From positions 27,951,721-28,015,720 of the forward strand of contig NC_068984.1 of NCBI RefSeq assembly GCF_001194135.2: DNA of 64,000 bases, given 5' to 3'. The translations under genes were made by a program, and so were the position numbers. Under the pieces are notes generated by a model. The model searched no databases. It was not told where the DNA came from and saw only the letters and a list, made by a program, of their open reading frames with translations. Shown here piece by piece: positions 10,664 to 22,780 of this stretch (within the stretch, counting starts at the first letter, position 1; every line of letters begins with the position of its first letter). The stretch comes from Octopus bimaculoides. Lineage: Eukaryota.

Positions 10664-10790
10664 GAAGAGGAGGAGACGGAGGGGGAAGGGGAGGAGACGG
10701 AGGGGGAAGAGGAGGAGACGGAGGGGGAAGGGGAGGAGACGGAGGGGGAAGAGGAGGAGACGGAGGAGGAGGAGGAGACGGAGGAGGAGG
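10664..10790. repeat. Purine-rich 21-bp minisatellite (GGAGGAGACGGAGGGGGAAG-R)
   Basis: About 5 units after an N gap, last base alternates A/G. Confidence 0.9.
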
Positions 10791-11030
10791 GCGAAGACTG
10801 ATGATGGTTGTGGTAGTGATGGTGGTGGTGGTGGTAATGATGCTGAGACTATGATGATGACGGTGACGATGATAATGATGATGATAACAGCAATATAACT
10901 GTCATCATCACGATGCTGATGCCTAATCACTAAAGATCCGTACATGAAATAAAATGTATTGTCATCATAACCTAACATCTACTTCAGGATAGTGTTTGAT
11001 ACCTTTCTGATTCTTTTTATGTTTGGTCAG

Positions 11031-11054
11031 AATTTAATTTCTGATATCTTAAAG
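11031..11054 (+). CDS. Candidate 24-nt phase-0 microexon (NLISDILK) of an unidentified gene
   Basis: CTGAT branch-like motif plus pyrimidine tract and CAG at 11028-11030; AAG|GTAAGT donor at 11055; only phase 0 is stop-free. Confidence 0.25.
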
Positions 11055-11540
11055 GTAAGTAACACTTATACATGACATATTAAATTAATGACTATAAGAA
11101 TAAAATTGTTCAACTGCTTATTGTGGTTTTGCCATTAAAAGATCACTTGATGTCTTAGCCAACTGAAAGTAGATTAATCTAAAATTACTGCAACAAATTT
11201 GGTCAGGAATTGGAAATCTTGTTTTCTATTATGAGTTTACTGAATCTACCTATAAAAGTCACTTTTAATCTAAGCAGGCGAGTGACTTTTTAATAATACA
11301 TAGTTATTGTTATTGCTAGATAGGCCAACTTATTTCTGGCTCAGTAGACATTTAGCAGAAAAAGTAGCTAATACAAGCATTTAAGAGTAACCCCTTCATT
11401 TCTCACTCTAGATATTGAGAGTGATTCATTCTAGACTGGATGAAAAATTTTACATTTCACTGTGCAACACAACACAACACAACAGAATGGAATTTATTGT
11501 GAATTAGGATTTGCAAAAAATAGATATAAACATATAGACA

Positions 11541-12036
11541 TAGTGTGGCTGTGTGATAAGCAGTTTGCTTCCAATCCACATGGTCCCAGGTGTAGTGCCA
11601 TTGCATAGCAACTAGGGCAAGTGTCTTCTACTATAGCCTCAATCCAGCCAAAGCCTTGTGAGAAGATTTGGTAGATGGAAACTAAAGGAAGCCCATCATA
11701 TATATATGTGTGTGGGCAGGTGCTTGTGTGTGTGGGTGGGGTGCTTGTGCGTGTGTGTGTGGGCAGGTGTTTGTGTGTGTGTGTGGGCAAGTGTTTGTGT
11801 ATGTGTGTGTGTATGTGGGGGGGGCAGGTGTTTGTGTCTGTGTTTGTCCACCACCACCACTTGACATCTCTGTAACCTAGCATTTCAGTTAAAGAGACCA
11901 ATAGAATAGATAACATGCTTAAAAGAATAAGTATTGGATTCAATTAATTCAACTAAAATCCTTCAAGGCAGTGCCCCAGCATGGCTACAGTCTAATGATT
12001 GAAACATGTAAAAGATAAAAGATAAAAGATAAAAGA
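11541..12036 (+). mobile_element. CORE-type tRNA SINE family C with internal GT minisatellite
   Basis: Head GTGGCTGTGTGATAAG, CORE-like CTAGGGCAAGTGTCTTC, 3' stem-loop, (TAAAAGA)n tail. Confidence 0.85.
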
Positions 12037-12290
12037 GTTGAATCCATGCCATGATTCAAAATGGATATTTCAATACAATCTCTATAGTCTTAATTACTCT
12101 TTATCAATTTACAGAATCTGTATGTTAATTTAGAATTCTCTCTGACTTCTATAATTTTAATTCCATTTCTATGCCTCGGTGAAATTAGATGTAGCCTTGT
12201 ATTTCCTAAATAAGGCTTGAGACTCGCGTCACATTCAATGTATTTCTCATAAGCAGAAAGCAACCCCTATTATCAATATACAGGCATATA

Positions 12291-12837
12291 CAGGGTGGCC
12301 CAAAAGTAGGTTTACAGTTATCACGTAGGCACTTTAAATTTCTTTTAAAAAATTCTATTACATTTAAATTTCTATCTTACAATCATATTGTTTATACACA
12401 TCTTAAACAATGTTTAATCTCTCATATGCTCAAAATGTCGTCCTTCAACATTGCAACATACTTCAAACCTCTTTAGAACCTTCTGACACAAAGTGCGGCA
12501 CAAATTCCGATCTTCATCAGTTTCAGCAATGTAATCTTTTAATTCATTTACTGCTTTGAGATTCTTCTCATAAACTTTGCTCTTTACAACAGTCCCCCAA
12601 AAAGAAATCTATTGATGTCAGGTCAGGTGAATGTGGTGGCCATTCGATGCTGCCCTATCTTCCAAACCAATGCTGTGGAAAGGCTTGGTTAAGGTAGTCT
12701 CTTACTGTCAATACATAATGTGCAGGTGCTCCATCTTGCTGAAAGAACAGTTCATCAAAGTTAGCTTTGGTTCTGAGTGGTGGTACTGACACATCCTGAA
12801 GCATTTCCAACTGTAAACCTACTTTTGGGCCACCCTG
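12291..12837 (-). mobile_element. Internally deleted Tc1/mariner DD41D-type element (547 bp), perfect 29-bp TIRs, TA TSD
   Basis: TIR CAGGGTGGCCCAAAAGTAGGTTTACAGTT at both ends; minus strand FFQQDGAPAHYVLTVRDYLNQAFPQHWFGR*GSIEWPPHSPDLTSIDFF gives 41 residues between the two Asp. Confidence 0.9.
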
Positions 12838-12844
12838 TATAAGG

Positions 12845-13025
12845 CTGTGAGCATGCTGGGTAAAACATTAAGCAGCATTTCATTCGTCTTTATGGAGATT
12901 GACTGTGTTTTTCATCCACACAGGATCGATAAAATAAGTACATGTTGAGCCCTGGGGTTGATGTAATCAACTTAGCCCACTCCCACGAACATGTTGGCCT
13001 TCTACCAAACTTTGAAACCAATATT
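12845..13025 (+). mobile_element. SINE family B type b, degenerate
   Basis: Core ..TTTCATCCACACAGGATCGATAAAATAAGTAC.., tail ..GGCCTTCTACCAAACTTTGAAACCAATAT. Confidence 0.65.
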
Positions 13026-13260
13026 TAGGTATGGATATGATAAGGAACATTGTTTCCCTACTTTTTTTTTACATGTATACATGTGTACATATTTTTTATG
13101 TTAAATGTATTTGATATTTTTTGAATATCGACTTGTCTAACTTGCTTGTCCTTACATTTACTCTACTTGCTCAAGTTCAAATTTCTTAAGCACTACGAAT
13201 TGTACACTATACAAAAAATACCTATCTCTAATGTATAAACTATATATATATATATATATA

Positions 13261-14505
13261 TAGGGTGTGTAAGGTATTTGAGGATGTATTGCTTTTGGGT
13301 CATTGTTGCATCTTTTGCTAACTCTGTATAATCTTTGTTTCAGAAACTAATAATGGCAGACCCTCAGCTTACTCAAGAAATGAAGACGCATGCTGTTATT
13401 GTGGTTATAAAGGCTGGGCATAACAATTTAGAAACATCTCGATTTTTAAAAGTTGCTAGATCTTTCATCTATAAAGTTTATAAGGAGTTAGAGACTGAAG
13501 ATGGAAAAAAATCACCAGTATCAAAGCATTAAAAACATTTTAAAGGCGTTGAAATCACCAGAACATTTGAATTTATCCAGCAAGTTCAACAGACCATTGA
13601 AACAATCCCAGAAAGTCCCTGAGGTCAATTGCAAAAGATCTCCATGTGTCAGAAGGAACAATCAAAAATGTTGTCTACGAAGACATCAGACACAAGTCTT
13701 ATATGATGAAGAAAAGTCAATTTGTCAGAAAAAGCAAAAGAAAATCACTACATTAGAACTAAAAGGCTCTTAAACAGACTGAAAAATCCAGCAGAAGAAG
13801 ATTTGATTTGGTTTTTCTCAAACGAAACCAAGATCAAAAAGTTAACAAAAGAAATGACAAATGTTTATGTGCAAACCCTTCTGAAATTCTAAGTGTTATG
13901 CATACACAATTTCCTGCAAGTGTCATGGTTTTAAGGGTTGTCAGCAATGAAGGACATGTGATGCCACCATACTTCTTTCCACAAGACCTTAGAGTTAACT
14001 CTGTCACCTACATTGTGGTCCTGGAAATAATTGCTAAGTCCTGGATAGACAGTGTATGCAATGGAAGGCCATATGTATTTCAGTAAGACTCTGCACTATC
14101 ACAAGAATACAAGAAGAGATGGCTGAACATTTTCATAATCACATAACCCCTAATATTTGTCCTCCTAATTTCCCAGATCTCAATCCATTGGACTATTACA
14201 TGAGGAGCGTTGTTGAGAGACAGGTCAATGAACACGCCCATAACACCAAAGATTCTTTGAAAGCTGCCATAGCCAGAGTGATGTCCAAAATGAACCAGGA
14301 CCACTTGATTCAAGCATGTAGATGATTTAGATCTCATATAGAAGCAGTTGTTGATGCTGAAGGTGGCTTTATTGAATAGCATTAAAGAAAAGAAGGTTTA
14401 TTTTTATTCTCATAGCATTTTTTGATAAATAAAATTATTATCTGTTATTATATATCTGTCTTTTTTATAAACATAAATCTGTCCTCAAATATCTTACGCA
14501 CCCTG
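13261..14505 (+). mobile_element. Full-length degenerate Tc1/mariner, maT (DD37D) type
   Basis: TIRs (T/C)AGGGTG(T/C)GTAAG(G/A)TATTTGAGGA flanked by TA; transposase remnant inside. Confidence 0.92.
13353..14379 (+). pseudogene. maT transposase pseudogene
   Basis: MADPQLTQEMKTHAVIVVIK.., LIWFFSNE..DQKVNKRNDK, VMVLRVVSNEGHVMPP, FQ*DSA, PPNFPDLNPLDYY, EAVVDAEGGFIE*; several stops and frameshifts. Confidence 0.9.
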
Positions 14506-14931
14506 TATATATATAGTCAAGAGGTATGAGAGGTGAATATATTTATTTAATAACTTGTCATCCTTAGAATTACTGCTATTTTGCAGCCTTTTTCATGTAA
14601 TAATAATTTTAGTGTATAATAAATTATGTTTACATATCATGTCTGCATTAATATGCTTGCTATGCATTGTACAATACAATTGCATAGTCATAAAACAAAG
14701 CAGATAAAGCAGGTTAGCACATCACATCAGCAGAACATCATAAATAACTGCATAATATATCTATAACCCATTTGATTAATGTAAAATTGTTTTTATTATA
14801 ACTGAACGTAAAAAAAATTAATACATGTATGTATGTATGTATGTGTATGTATGTATATGCTTGTGTATGTGTGTATGTGTATTATCACCTAAAAGTATGC
14901 ATATATCTTTGCATGGAGAGCGATGTCCTCT

Positions 14932-15149
14932 TACTCTTTTATTCTTTTACTTGTTTCAGTCATTTGACTGTGGCCATGCTGGAGCACCGCCTTTAGTTGA
15001 GAAAATCGACCCCAGGACTTATTCTTTGTAAATCCAGTACTTATCCTATCAGTCTCTTTTGCTGAAACTCTAAGTTACGAGGATGTAAACACACCAGCAT
15101 CGGTTGTCAAGCGATGTTGGGGGTGGGGGTGGCAAACACAGACGCACAA

Positions 15150-15185
<36 letters not shown>

Positions 15186-15207
15186 NNNNNNNNNNNNNNN
15201 NNNNNNN

Positions 15208-15259
<52 letters not shown>

Positions 15260-15417
15260 CGACAGGCTTCTTTCAGTTTCCGTCTACCAAATCCACTCAC
15301 AAGGCTTTGGTCAGCCTGAGGCTATAGTAGACGACACTTGTCCAAGGTGCCACGCAGTAGGACTGAACCCGGAACCATGTGGCTGGTAAGCAAGCTACTT
15401 ACCACACAGCCACTCCT
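14932..15417 (-). mobile_element. CORE-type SINE family C with internal (CA)n/(TA)n and N gap
   Basis: GGAGTGGCTGTGTGGTAAG head, GGTTCAGTCC B box, GTGGCACCTTGGACAAGTGTC CORE, CAGTC-AAAT-GACTG stem. Confidence 0.9.
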
Positions 15418-15529
15418 AAATATTATAGTTGTAAATGAGAATCACAGTCATGTATGCAGCGTCATTTGTTTCCAATCTTACATGAATTCATGTCCAGCCA
15501 TGGGGTATTATTAATTTACTTAGAAATCA

Positions 15530-15660
15530 ATGAGGGTTGCCAATATGAAGTGTATCTAACCGGAGAAAATCTGCCTCAGCACATTCCACCTAACCCATGC
15601 AAGCTTGGAAAAGTGAATGTTAAAACAATTACGATGACAAAGCTGATGATGGTGATGATG
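15530..15660 (+). mobile_element. Variant RTE-type 3' end (A'), degenerate; similar remnants at 29945-30060 (-) and 32780-32915 (+)
   Basis: ..AACCCATGCAAGCTTGGAAAAGTGAATGTTAAAAC..(GAT)-rich tail. Confidence 0.5.
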
Positions 15661-15780
15661 GTTTTCTTATCAGTCAGTTAGGATGTAATAGCAAAAACTT
15701 AGCAATGACCAGCTCTCATTTTCCCAACTGAATCTGTAAGTCAAAGCCAATCCCAAAATGTTTTCATCTCAGAATATGGT

Positions 15781-16262
15781 CATCATCATCATCATCATCG
15801 TCGTCGTTTAACGTCCGCTTTCCATGCTAGCATGGGTTGGAAGATTTGACTGAGGACTGAGGACTGGTGGACCAGGAGGCGACACCAGGTTCCAATCTGA
15901 TTTGGCAGAGTTTCTACAGCTGGATGCTCTTCCTAACGCCAACCACTCCGAGAGTGTAGTGAGTGCTTTTACATTCCACTGGCACGAGGGACAGTCAGGC
16001 AGTACTGGCGATGGCCACGCTTGAAATGGTGTATTTTATGTGTCACCTGCATAGGGGCCAGTCCATCGGCACTGGCAACGATCCTGCTCGAATGTCTTTT
16101 CCCAAGCCACTGGCAGAAGTGCCAGGAGGGTGACGTTGGTTACGATCACGCTGGTACTATTTACGTGCCACCGGCACGGAAGCCAGACAGCTGCTCTGGC
16201 AACGATCGCGCTCGGATGGTGCTCTTAGTGCTCCACTCGTACAGGTGCCAAAACGATTTCAG
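15781..16262 (-). mobile_element. Family A RTEX 3' end with several subrepeats
   Basis: (CAT)n-CGTTTAACGTCCGCTTTCCATGCTAGCATGGG on + strand. Confidence 0.88.
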
Positions 16263-16414
16263 GGACAAAACTAAATACTTGAAGACATTTCTTCCAATGC
16301 TGTTTCTATTCTTCTTCATCATTCCCTAAATGAAGAAAGACAATAATTCCCATCATTAGAGATATTGTGGTTTTGCGAAAAATTCAAGAAATGAGGGATG
16401 TGTTTTGAAATAGT

Positions 16415-16925
16415 GAAGAGGCCTGGCTTTGTGGTAAGAAGCTTGCTTCCCACACACATGGTTCTGATTTCAGTTTCACTGCATGGCACCTTGGGCAAGT
16501 GTCTTCTACTATAGCATCAGGCTGACCTAAGCCTTTTGAGTGGATATGGTGGACGGAAACTGAAAGAAGCCCATCACACACACACACATATATANNNNNN
16601 NNNNNNNNNNNNNNNNNNNNNNNNNNNNNNNNNNNNNNNNNNNNNNNNNNNNNNNNNNNNNNNNNNNNNNNNNNNNNNNTATATATATATGTGTGTGTGT
16701 GTATGTATATATATATCTTTGTGTGTCTGTGTTTGTCCCTGCCATCACCACTTGACAACCGATGTTAGTGTGTTCACATGCCCGTAACTTAGCGTTTTGG
16801 CAAAAGAGTCTGATAGAATAAGTACTAGGCTTACATAGGATAAGTCCTTGAGTTGACTTGTTCGACTAAAGGCAGTGCTTCATCATGGCCACAGTCAAAT
16901 GACTGAAAAGTATAACAGAATAAGT
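16415..16925 (+). mobile_element. CORE-type SINE family C with internal microsatellite/gap
   Basis: CORE TGGCACCTTGGGCAAGTGTCTTC; stem CAGTC-AAAT-GACTG at 16892-16905. Confidence 0.88.
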
Positions 16926-16970
16926 TTCAATTTGAAGCTGGATAAAAAAAGCAAATTCACACATCCCTTC

Positions 16971-17019
<49 letters not shown>

Positions 17020-17420
17020 ACATAGACACACACACACACACATACACACACAAAGAGAAACATGGTGAACAAAATAAAACTAAGTTAAGAATTGATGTCT
17101 GAGAATGTCTGGAAAAGATATAAGTTGTTCATGACTTTCCAAAGGCTGTAATAAAATGAATGCTGATTTGTCAAGATTTTACAGCAGATTTAATTGCAAC
17201 ATCTCAGGCATACATAAATACATACACACACACACACACACGCATATATATACACACATACACACATATATACACACATATACATACATGCATACATACA
17301 TATGTACACAAATATATGTGTCCACAGTCATATATATGTATGTTCATATATTTATGCATACTTCCATATATACTTACAAATATATTCATACATACATATG
17401 TGTTCATATATTCATATATA

Positions 17421-17453
<33 letters not shown>

Positions 17454-17753
17454 NNNNNNNNNNNNNNNNNNNNNNNNNNNNNNNNNNNNNNNNNNNNNNN
17501 NNNNNNNNNNNNNNNNNNNNNNNNNNNNNNNNNNNNNNNNNNNNNNNNNNNNNNNNNNNNNNNNNNNNNNNNNNNNNNNNNNNNNNNNNNNNNNNNNNNN
17601 NNNNNNNNNNNNNNNNNNNNNNNNNNNNNNNNNNNNNNNNNNNNNNNNNNNNNNNNNNNNNNNNNNNNNNNNNNNNNNNNNNNNNNNNNNNNNNNNNNNN
17701 NNNNNNNNNNNNNNNNNNNNNNNNNNNNNNNNNNNNNNNNNNNNNNNNNNNNN

Positions 17754-17790
<37 letters not shown>

Positions 17791-18782
17791 ATTTAGAAAG
17801 CAAGCTTTTTTATCAGAAAAAAAGCAGCTTAATCATTTGATCATAGTAAATTATTTACTTATTTAATCAAAGCCTGGGAGATGAATGTCATACTAACTCT
17901 GATGAGATTTAAAGAGAAATGCTAGAATTACCGGAAACTAGTGATGATATTTTTACTTACTTAATACGTAAAAAAAGCAGAAAAATCATAACGTCGATGA
18001 TACTAGCAAGAAAAAGATTACAAGTTGTCATAGCAATCAATAATTGCTCATATAGTAAATCCTCTTTTTTTAAAAATTATTATGTCAATGTTTTTCCCTA
18101 AAATGTTATTTTCTTTTCTCACTCTATCATAAAGTTGGCAATACCAATTAGAATGTTTTACTAATAAATTCTTACAAGGCCCAAAGAAGTCTGGAATAAT
18201 TAGCATACTACCAAATGAAAGAATCACACTCCATCACCATATACCATTTTAATAAATAATTCATTTAAATTCTGGGGTTGTCTCCCTTAACTATTTTCAC
18301 ATGAAATTAATAAATGTGGTAATTTTTGTCCCTACTATGAGTGTAATATTAATCAATTGACATTTCTTAATGTTCAGTATATCATACATGCTAATTTTTC
18401 TAAACTATTCTGTATTTTCATGCAAGTTGTATCTTGGGCAGTCTTCCCCAAATGCACTCATTCATTTAACTAACAGGAGGAGTTAAGTAATGAAGTCACA
18501 CCTAGGAAATTTAGTCGAATCACTCAGAGTTTTGAAGACTGAGTGGAATAGCAAAAAGGACAATAGCAAAAAGGACGATGGAAATAGGTGAGAAAGAACA
18601 AGTTCTTCTAAATGATAATGAAATCTCTCCCCAACAAAATAGTGAAGGAAATGAAGAAAACAGAGATGAACTAATTTTCACCTTATTTGGAAAAGCGAAC
18701 AAACACTTACAAAATTAGATTCAAAGTATAAATAACAGCCAAAAGGTAGATTACAAGTAAAATTAAAACTATAACATTACTG

Positions 18783-18950
18783 TAAAGATTATTCGCCAAT
18801 ATGTTGCATTCCTGGTTGGGATGAATATTACTGTTGTTTTAACCCCAGGAAACATCATCTCCAGTTGGCTATACAACACACATCTGTGTCTTTATATTTT
18901 TGAACTGGAGAGCTTAGCACCCCCACTTAGCACAAAGCAATATCTGTGGA
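18783..18950 (-). repeat. Dispersed repeat family E (~165 bp), inverted partner of 31776-31941
   Basis: Reverse complement aligns along its length with 31776-31941. Confidence 0.75.
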
Positions 18951-19378
18951 CCACACTTTCTGAGTTATTTCGCTTCCATGCAGAGTTATTCTGTGCCATG
19001 GATGAGCTGTGAAACTGCTGTTTAAAAATATATAGTTTTCAAAGTGATACACAATCACTGATCTCTTATCTTAAAAGAAAATACCCACCAAAATGTTGGT
19101 GTTTTTCAACATCAAATATCTCAAACAAAGGAAAAAATGCTCATTGGTGTAGTTTGACTACACTTGAGTATAATCGAAGAAATAAATAAGTGAACAAGGT
19201 TGTAGAGAGCTCTCACTCAACTTATCCTGTAATCCTTCATGCTTTATTTCTGAAACTATATCATCATAATTGTGTGTTTTAGAGAATTCATCTTTTAACC
19301 TTATATCCATGCAAACATGTATGTATGCAATTTGTACATTTGTATGTATGTGTGTATACATATGTGTTTATAGATGTG

Positions 19379-20370
19379 TATCATCATCATCATCGTTTAA
19401 CGCCCGCTTTCCATGCTAGCATGGGTTGGACGATTTGACTGAGGACTGGTGAAACCGGATGGCAACACCAGGCTCCAATCTAATTTGGCAGAGTTTCTAC
19501 AGCTGGATGCCCTTCCTAATGCCAACCACTCAGAGAGTGTAGTGGGTGCTTTTACGTGTCACCCGCACGAAAACGGCCACGCTCGAAATGGTGTCTTTTA
19601 TGTGCCACCCGCACAAGCCAGTCCAGGGACACTGGCAACGATCTCGCTCGAAAATCCTACGGGAGCCAGTCAGGCGGTACTGGCAACGGCCACGCTCAAA
19701 ATGGTGCATCTCATGTGCCACCCGCACAAGAGCCAGTCCAGGGGCACTGGCAACGATCTTNNNNNNNNNNNNNNNNNNNNNNNNNNNNNNNNNNNNNNNN
19801 NNNNNNNNNNNNNNNNNNNNNNNNNNNNNNNNNNNNNNNNNNNNNNNNNNNNNNNNNNNNNNNNNNNNNNNNNNNNNNNNNNNNNNNNNNNNNNNNNNNN
19901 NNNNNNNNNNNNNNNNNNNNNNNNNNNNNNNNNNNNNNNNNNNNNNNNNNNNNNNNNNNNNNNNNNNNNNNNNNNNNNNNNNNNNNNNNNNNNNNNNNNN
20001 NNNGTTAGGGTGTGGCACTTTTTCACGCAGCTATCCTCATCCATTTTCACCACATGTCCATACCAGCGCAATCGTCTCTCTTGCACACCACAACTGATGC
20101 TTCTAATGTTCAGCTTTTCTCTCAAGATACTTACACTCTGACGGGTATTCACATTGACATTACACATCCAACGGAGCATACTGGCTTCATTCCTTGCGAG
20201 CTTACGTATGTCCTCAGCAGTTACAGCCCATGTTTCACTGCCATGTAGCATGGCCGTTCGTACGCATGCGTCATACAGTCTGCCTTTTACTCTGAGTGAG
20301 AGTCCCTTTGTCGCCAGCAGGGGTAAGAGCTCTCTAAACTTTGCCCAGGCTATTCTTATTCTAGCAAGCT
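19379..20370 (-). mobile_element. 5'-truncated RTEX-like LINE: ORF C-terminus (20004-20370), N gap, 3'UTR (family A) and (GAT)n tail
   Basis: RIRIAWAKFRELLPLLATKGLSLRVKGRLYDACVRTAMLHGSETWAVTAEDIRKLARNEASMLRWMC..LRWYGHVVKMDEDSCVKKC; linkage across the gap relies on the scaffold. Confidence 0.9.
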
Positions 20371-20396
20371 GCTAGAAGAAAGTGTGTATATATATG

Positions 20397-20426
<30 letters not shown>

Positions 20427-20427
<1 letters not shown>

Positions 20428-20453
20428 AGATAAATAGATAGATAAATAGATAA

Positions 20454-20518
<65 letters not shown>

Positions 20519-20545
20519 CAGACAGATAGATATATAGATAAATAT
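20427..20545. repeat. (TAGA)n microsatellite; another at 21360-21455
   Basis: Direct inspection. Confidence 0.95.
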
Positions 20546-21069
20546 AGTTGTCAATACATATATACATGCCTATACACATATATCTATGTATGGCATGTGC
20601 ATGTCAGTGTGTTTGCTTAAATTAGCAGTTGCCTAAAATTTACTGAGTTAACTGAGCTGATGTTGTCATTTCTCCTATCAACAAATCATCTGTTGGTTTT
20701 GTGCCTTCAAAGTTGAATGGAAAAGTGATCCCTAAACTTAAGAAACAAGTAAGAGTTAGCAAATGAAAGGCTTCCATCTATAAAACCAAACATTTGTAAT
20801 AAATTCATCAACTACGTACAAATATTGAAAAGCAAACTTGTATGTATTTATGTATACATACATGTATATATCTATGAATGTATGAGTTTATATATGCATG
20901 CATTCTTGGGAATTAATTAAAACATTCTTTTATACTTTAGCAGAATTAAAGCTAGACACTGACAAAATGGTAAAGCCCTTTTATTTAAGTTATGGTTTTT
21001 CTTAGGATTTTTAGACATCTATGGTTGGGAAACAAACACTTTACCATGCAGCCATGAATTTGTTAAGCA

Positions 21070-21245
21070 CCCAGTACTCTCTGTGTAGAGGTTGGTCTCA
21101 GGAAGGGCATTGAGCCATAGAAACCAAGCCAAAACAGACTATAAAATCTGGTGTGGCTCCTGGCCTTGTCAGTTCCTGCCAAGCTATTTCAACCCATACC
21201 AGCATGGAAGACAGACGTTAAATGTTGATGATGGGTGATAATGAT
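21070..21245 (+). mobile_element. Family A short copy, degenerate
   Basis: ..AACCCATACCAGCATGGAAGACAGACGTTAAATGTTGATGATG. Confidence 0.75.
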
Positions 21246-21402
21246 TTGTATATTTATGCACATATATGTGTGTGTCTGTGGGTATACACACACACACACA
21301 GGTGCACACATACAAACACACACATACATACACACATAGACAGAAAGAGACAGAGATATTGACTGATAGATAAATAGTTAGATAGCTAGCTAGCTAGCTA
21401 GC

Positions 21403-21456
<54 letters not shown>

Positions 21457-22134
21457 TGTTTTTATTTGTGAGTTTGTGTATGTATGTATGCCAAATGCAA
21501 AAGAATATTTAGAAGATAAAACAAACTGCATCCGGTATGTGACAAACTGAGTGGCTAACAGAACAAATGCTATGAGATATTTCTGAAAAATAAAAGCTTC
21601 TTAATGTATGTAAAAATGGTGACAACAGCTAAATTAAAGAGTTTTGTTGAAGGCAATTCTTGAAATACATATTTGCAACTAGAAAATGTGATGTTGGAAA
21701 GAGAAATTGGAATAAAAAATATGGTGATGTAGAAATGATGTTTTAAAAGATTATTCCTTAAACAGAGGCAGATTGCACAAATAAACTGCTAGATGACGTT
21801 TTAGTTTTTCTTTATATTTATTAATATATAGTGAATTTATTTGGAAACAATAACTGCATTGAAATTGAAAGTTTAATTACCTATGATGTGTTATTTATAT
21901 GTATATATGTAACTTAATTTATTCAGTCAGATTTCTTGCATTATATCTTTATTGGAGTTTGTAGGTGTATGAAAATATCTGTGAACCACATGTACACATG
22001 CACATGTACTATATATCATCATGATCAACATCATAATCATCATCGTAATCATCTTCATCGTCATTGTCATTGTCGTCATTGTCGTCATCGTTATTGTCGT
22101 CATCGTTGTTGTCATCCTCATATTCATTATCATC

Positions 22135-22510
22135 ATCATTGAATGTCCATCTTCCATTCTAGCAATGGCTGCGCAGTTCACCAGAATCCAATAAACTGGA
22201 GGATTGTGTCAACCTCCAATGTCTGCTTTAGCATGGTTTCTTATTTCTTTATTGCCTACAAGGGGCTAAACATAGAGGGGACAAACAAGGACAGACAAAG
22301 GGATTAAGTCGATTACATCGACCCCAGTGCATACCTGGTACTTAATTTATCGAACCCGAAAGGATGAAAGGCAAATTCGACCTCAGCGGAATTTGAACTC
22401 TGAACATAAAGACAGACGAAATGCTGTGAAGCATTTCACCCGGAGTTTCTAACTGCTGAATACTCTTCCTAATGCCAACCACTTTACAGAATGTGTTGGG
22501 TACTTTCTTT
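22135..22510 (-). mobile_element. Family A copy interrupted by a 5'-truncated SINE B type a (about 22241-22450)
   Basis: A sequence resumes after the SINE at ..TCTTCCTAATGCCAACCAC; GTTTCT repeated at both junctions. Confidence 0.75.
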
Positions 22511-22780
22511 GTTAAATCGATACCAGTGAGGTCACCAAGGGACTCATAAGACAATTATCCTCACTTGACTAAATGGGAACGTAGTAGAGAAGAAGGTGGC
22601 TTATACCAGATGTTGAGAGAATAAAGTATGATAGAGGGACAGGAATAGATGTCTTGCTATAAAGGAGATAGATAGCTACCTTATATTAGGTAAGAGTGGG
22701 TGGAGTAGCTCAAAAGGGACATAATATGGAGGTGATGAGGTTGTCAGTGCACACCCACAATATACAAGACAGTGAGCAGA

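Noticed and set aside
18520-18720. Protein-like + strand stretch MEIGEKEQVLLNDNEISPQ..
   Set aside because: Short, bounded by stops, no splice sites or recognisable domain.
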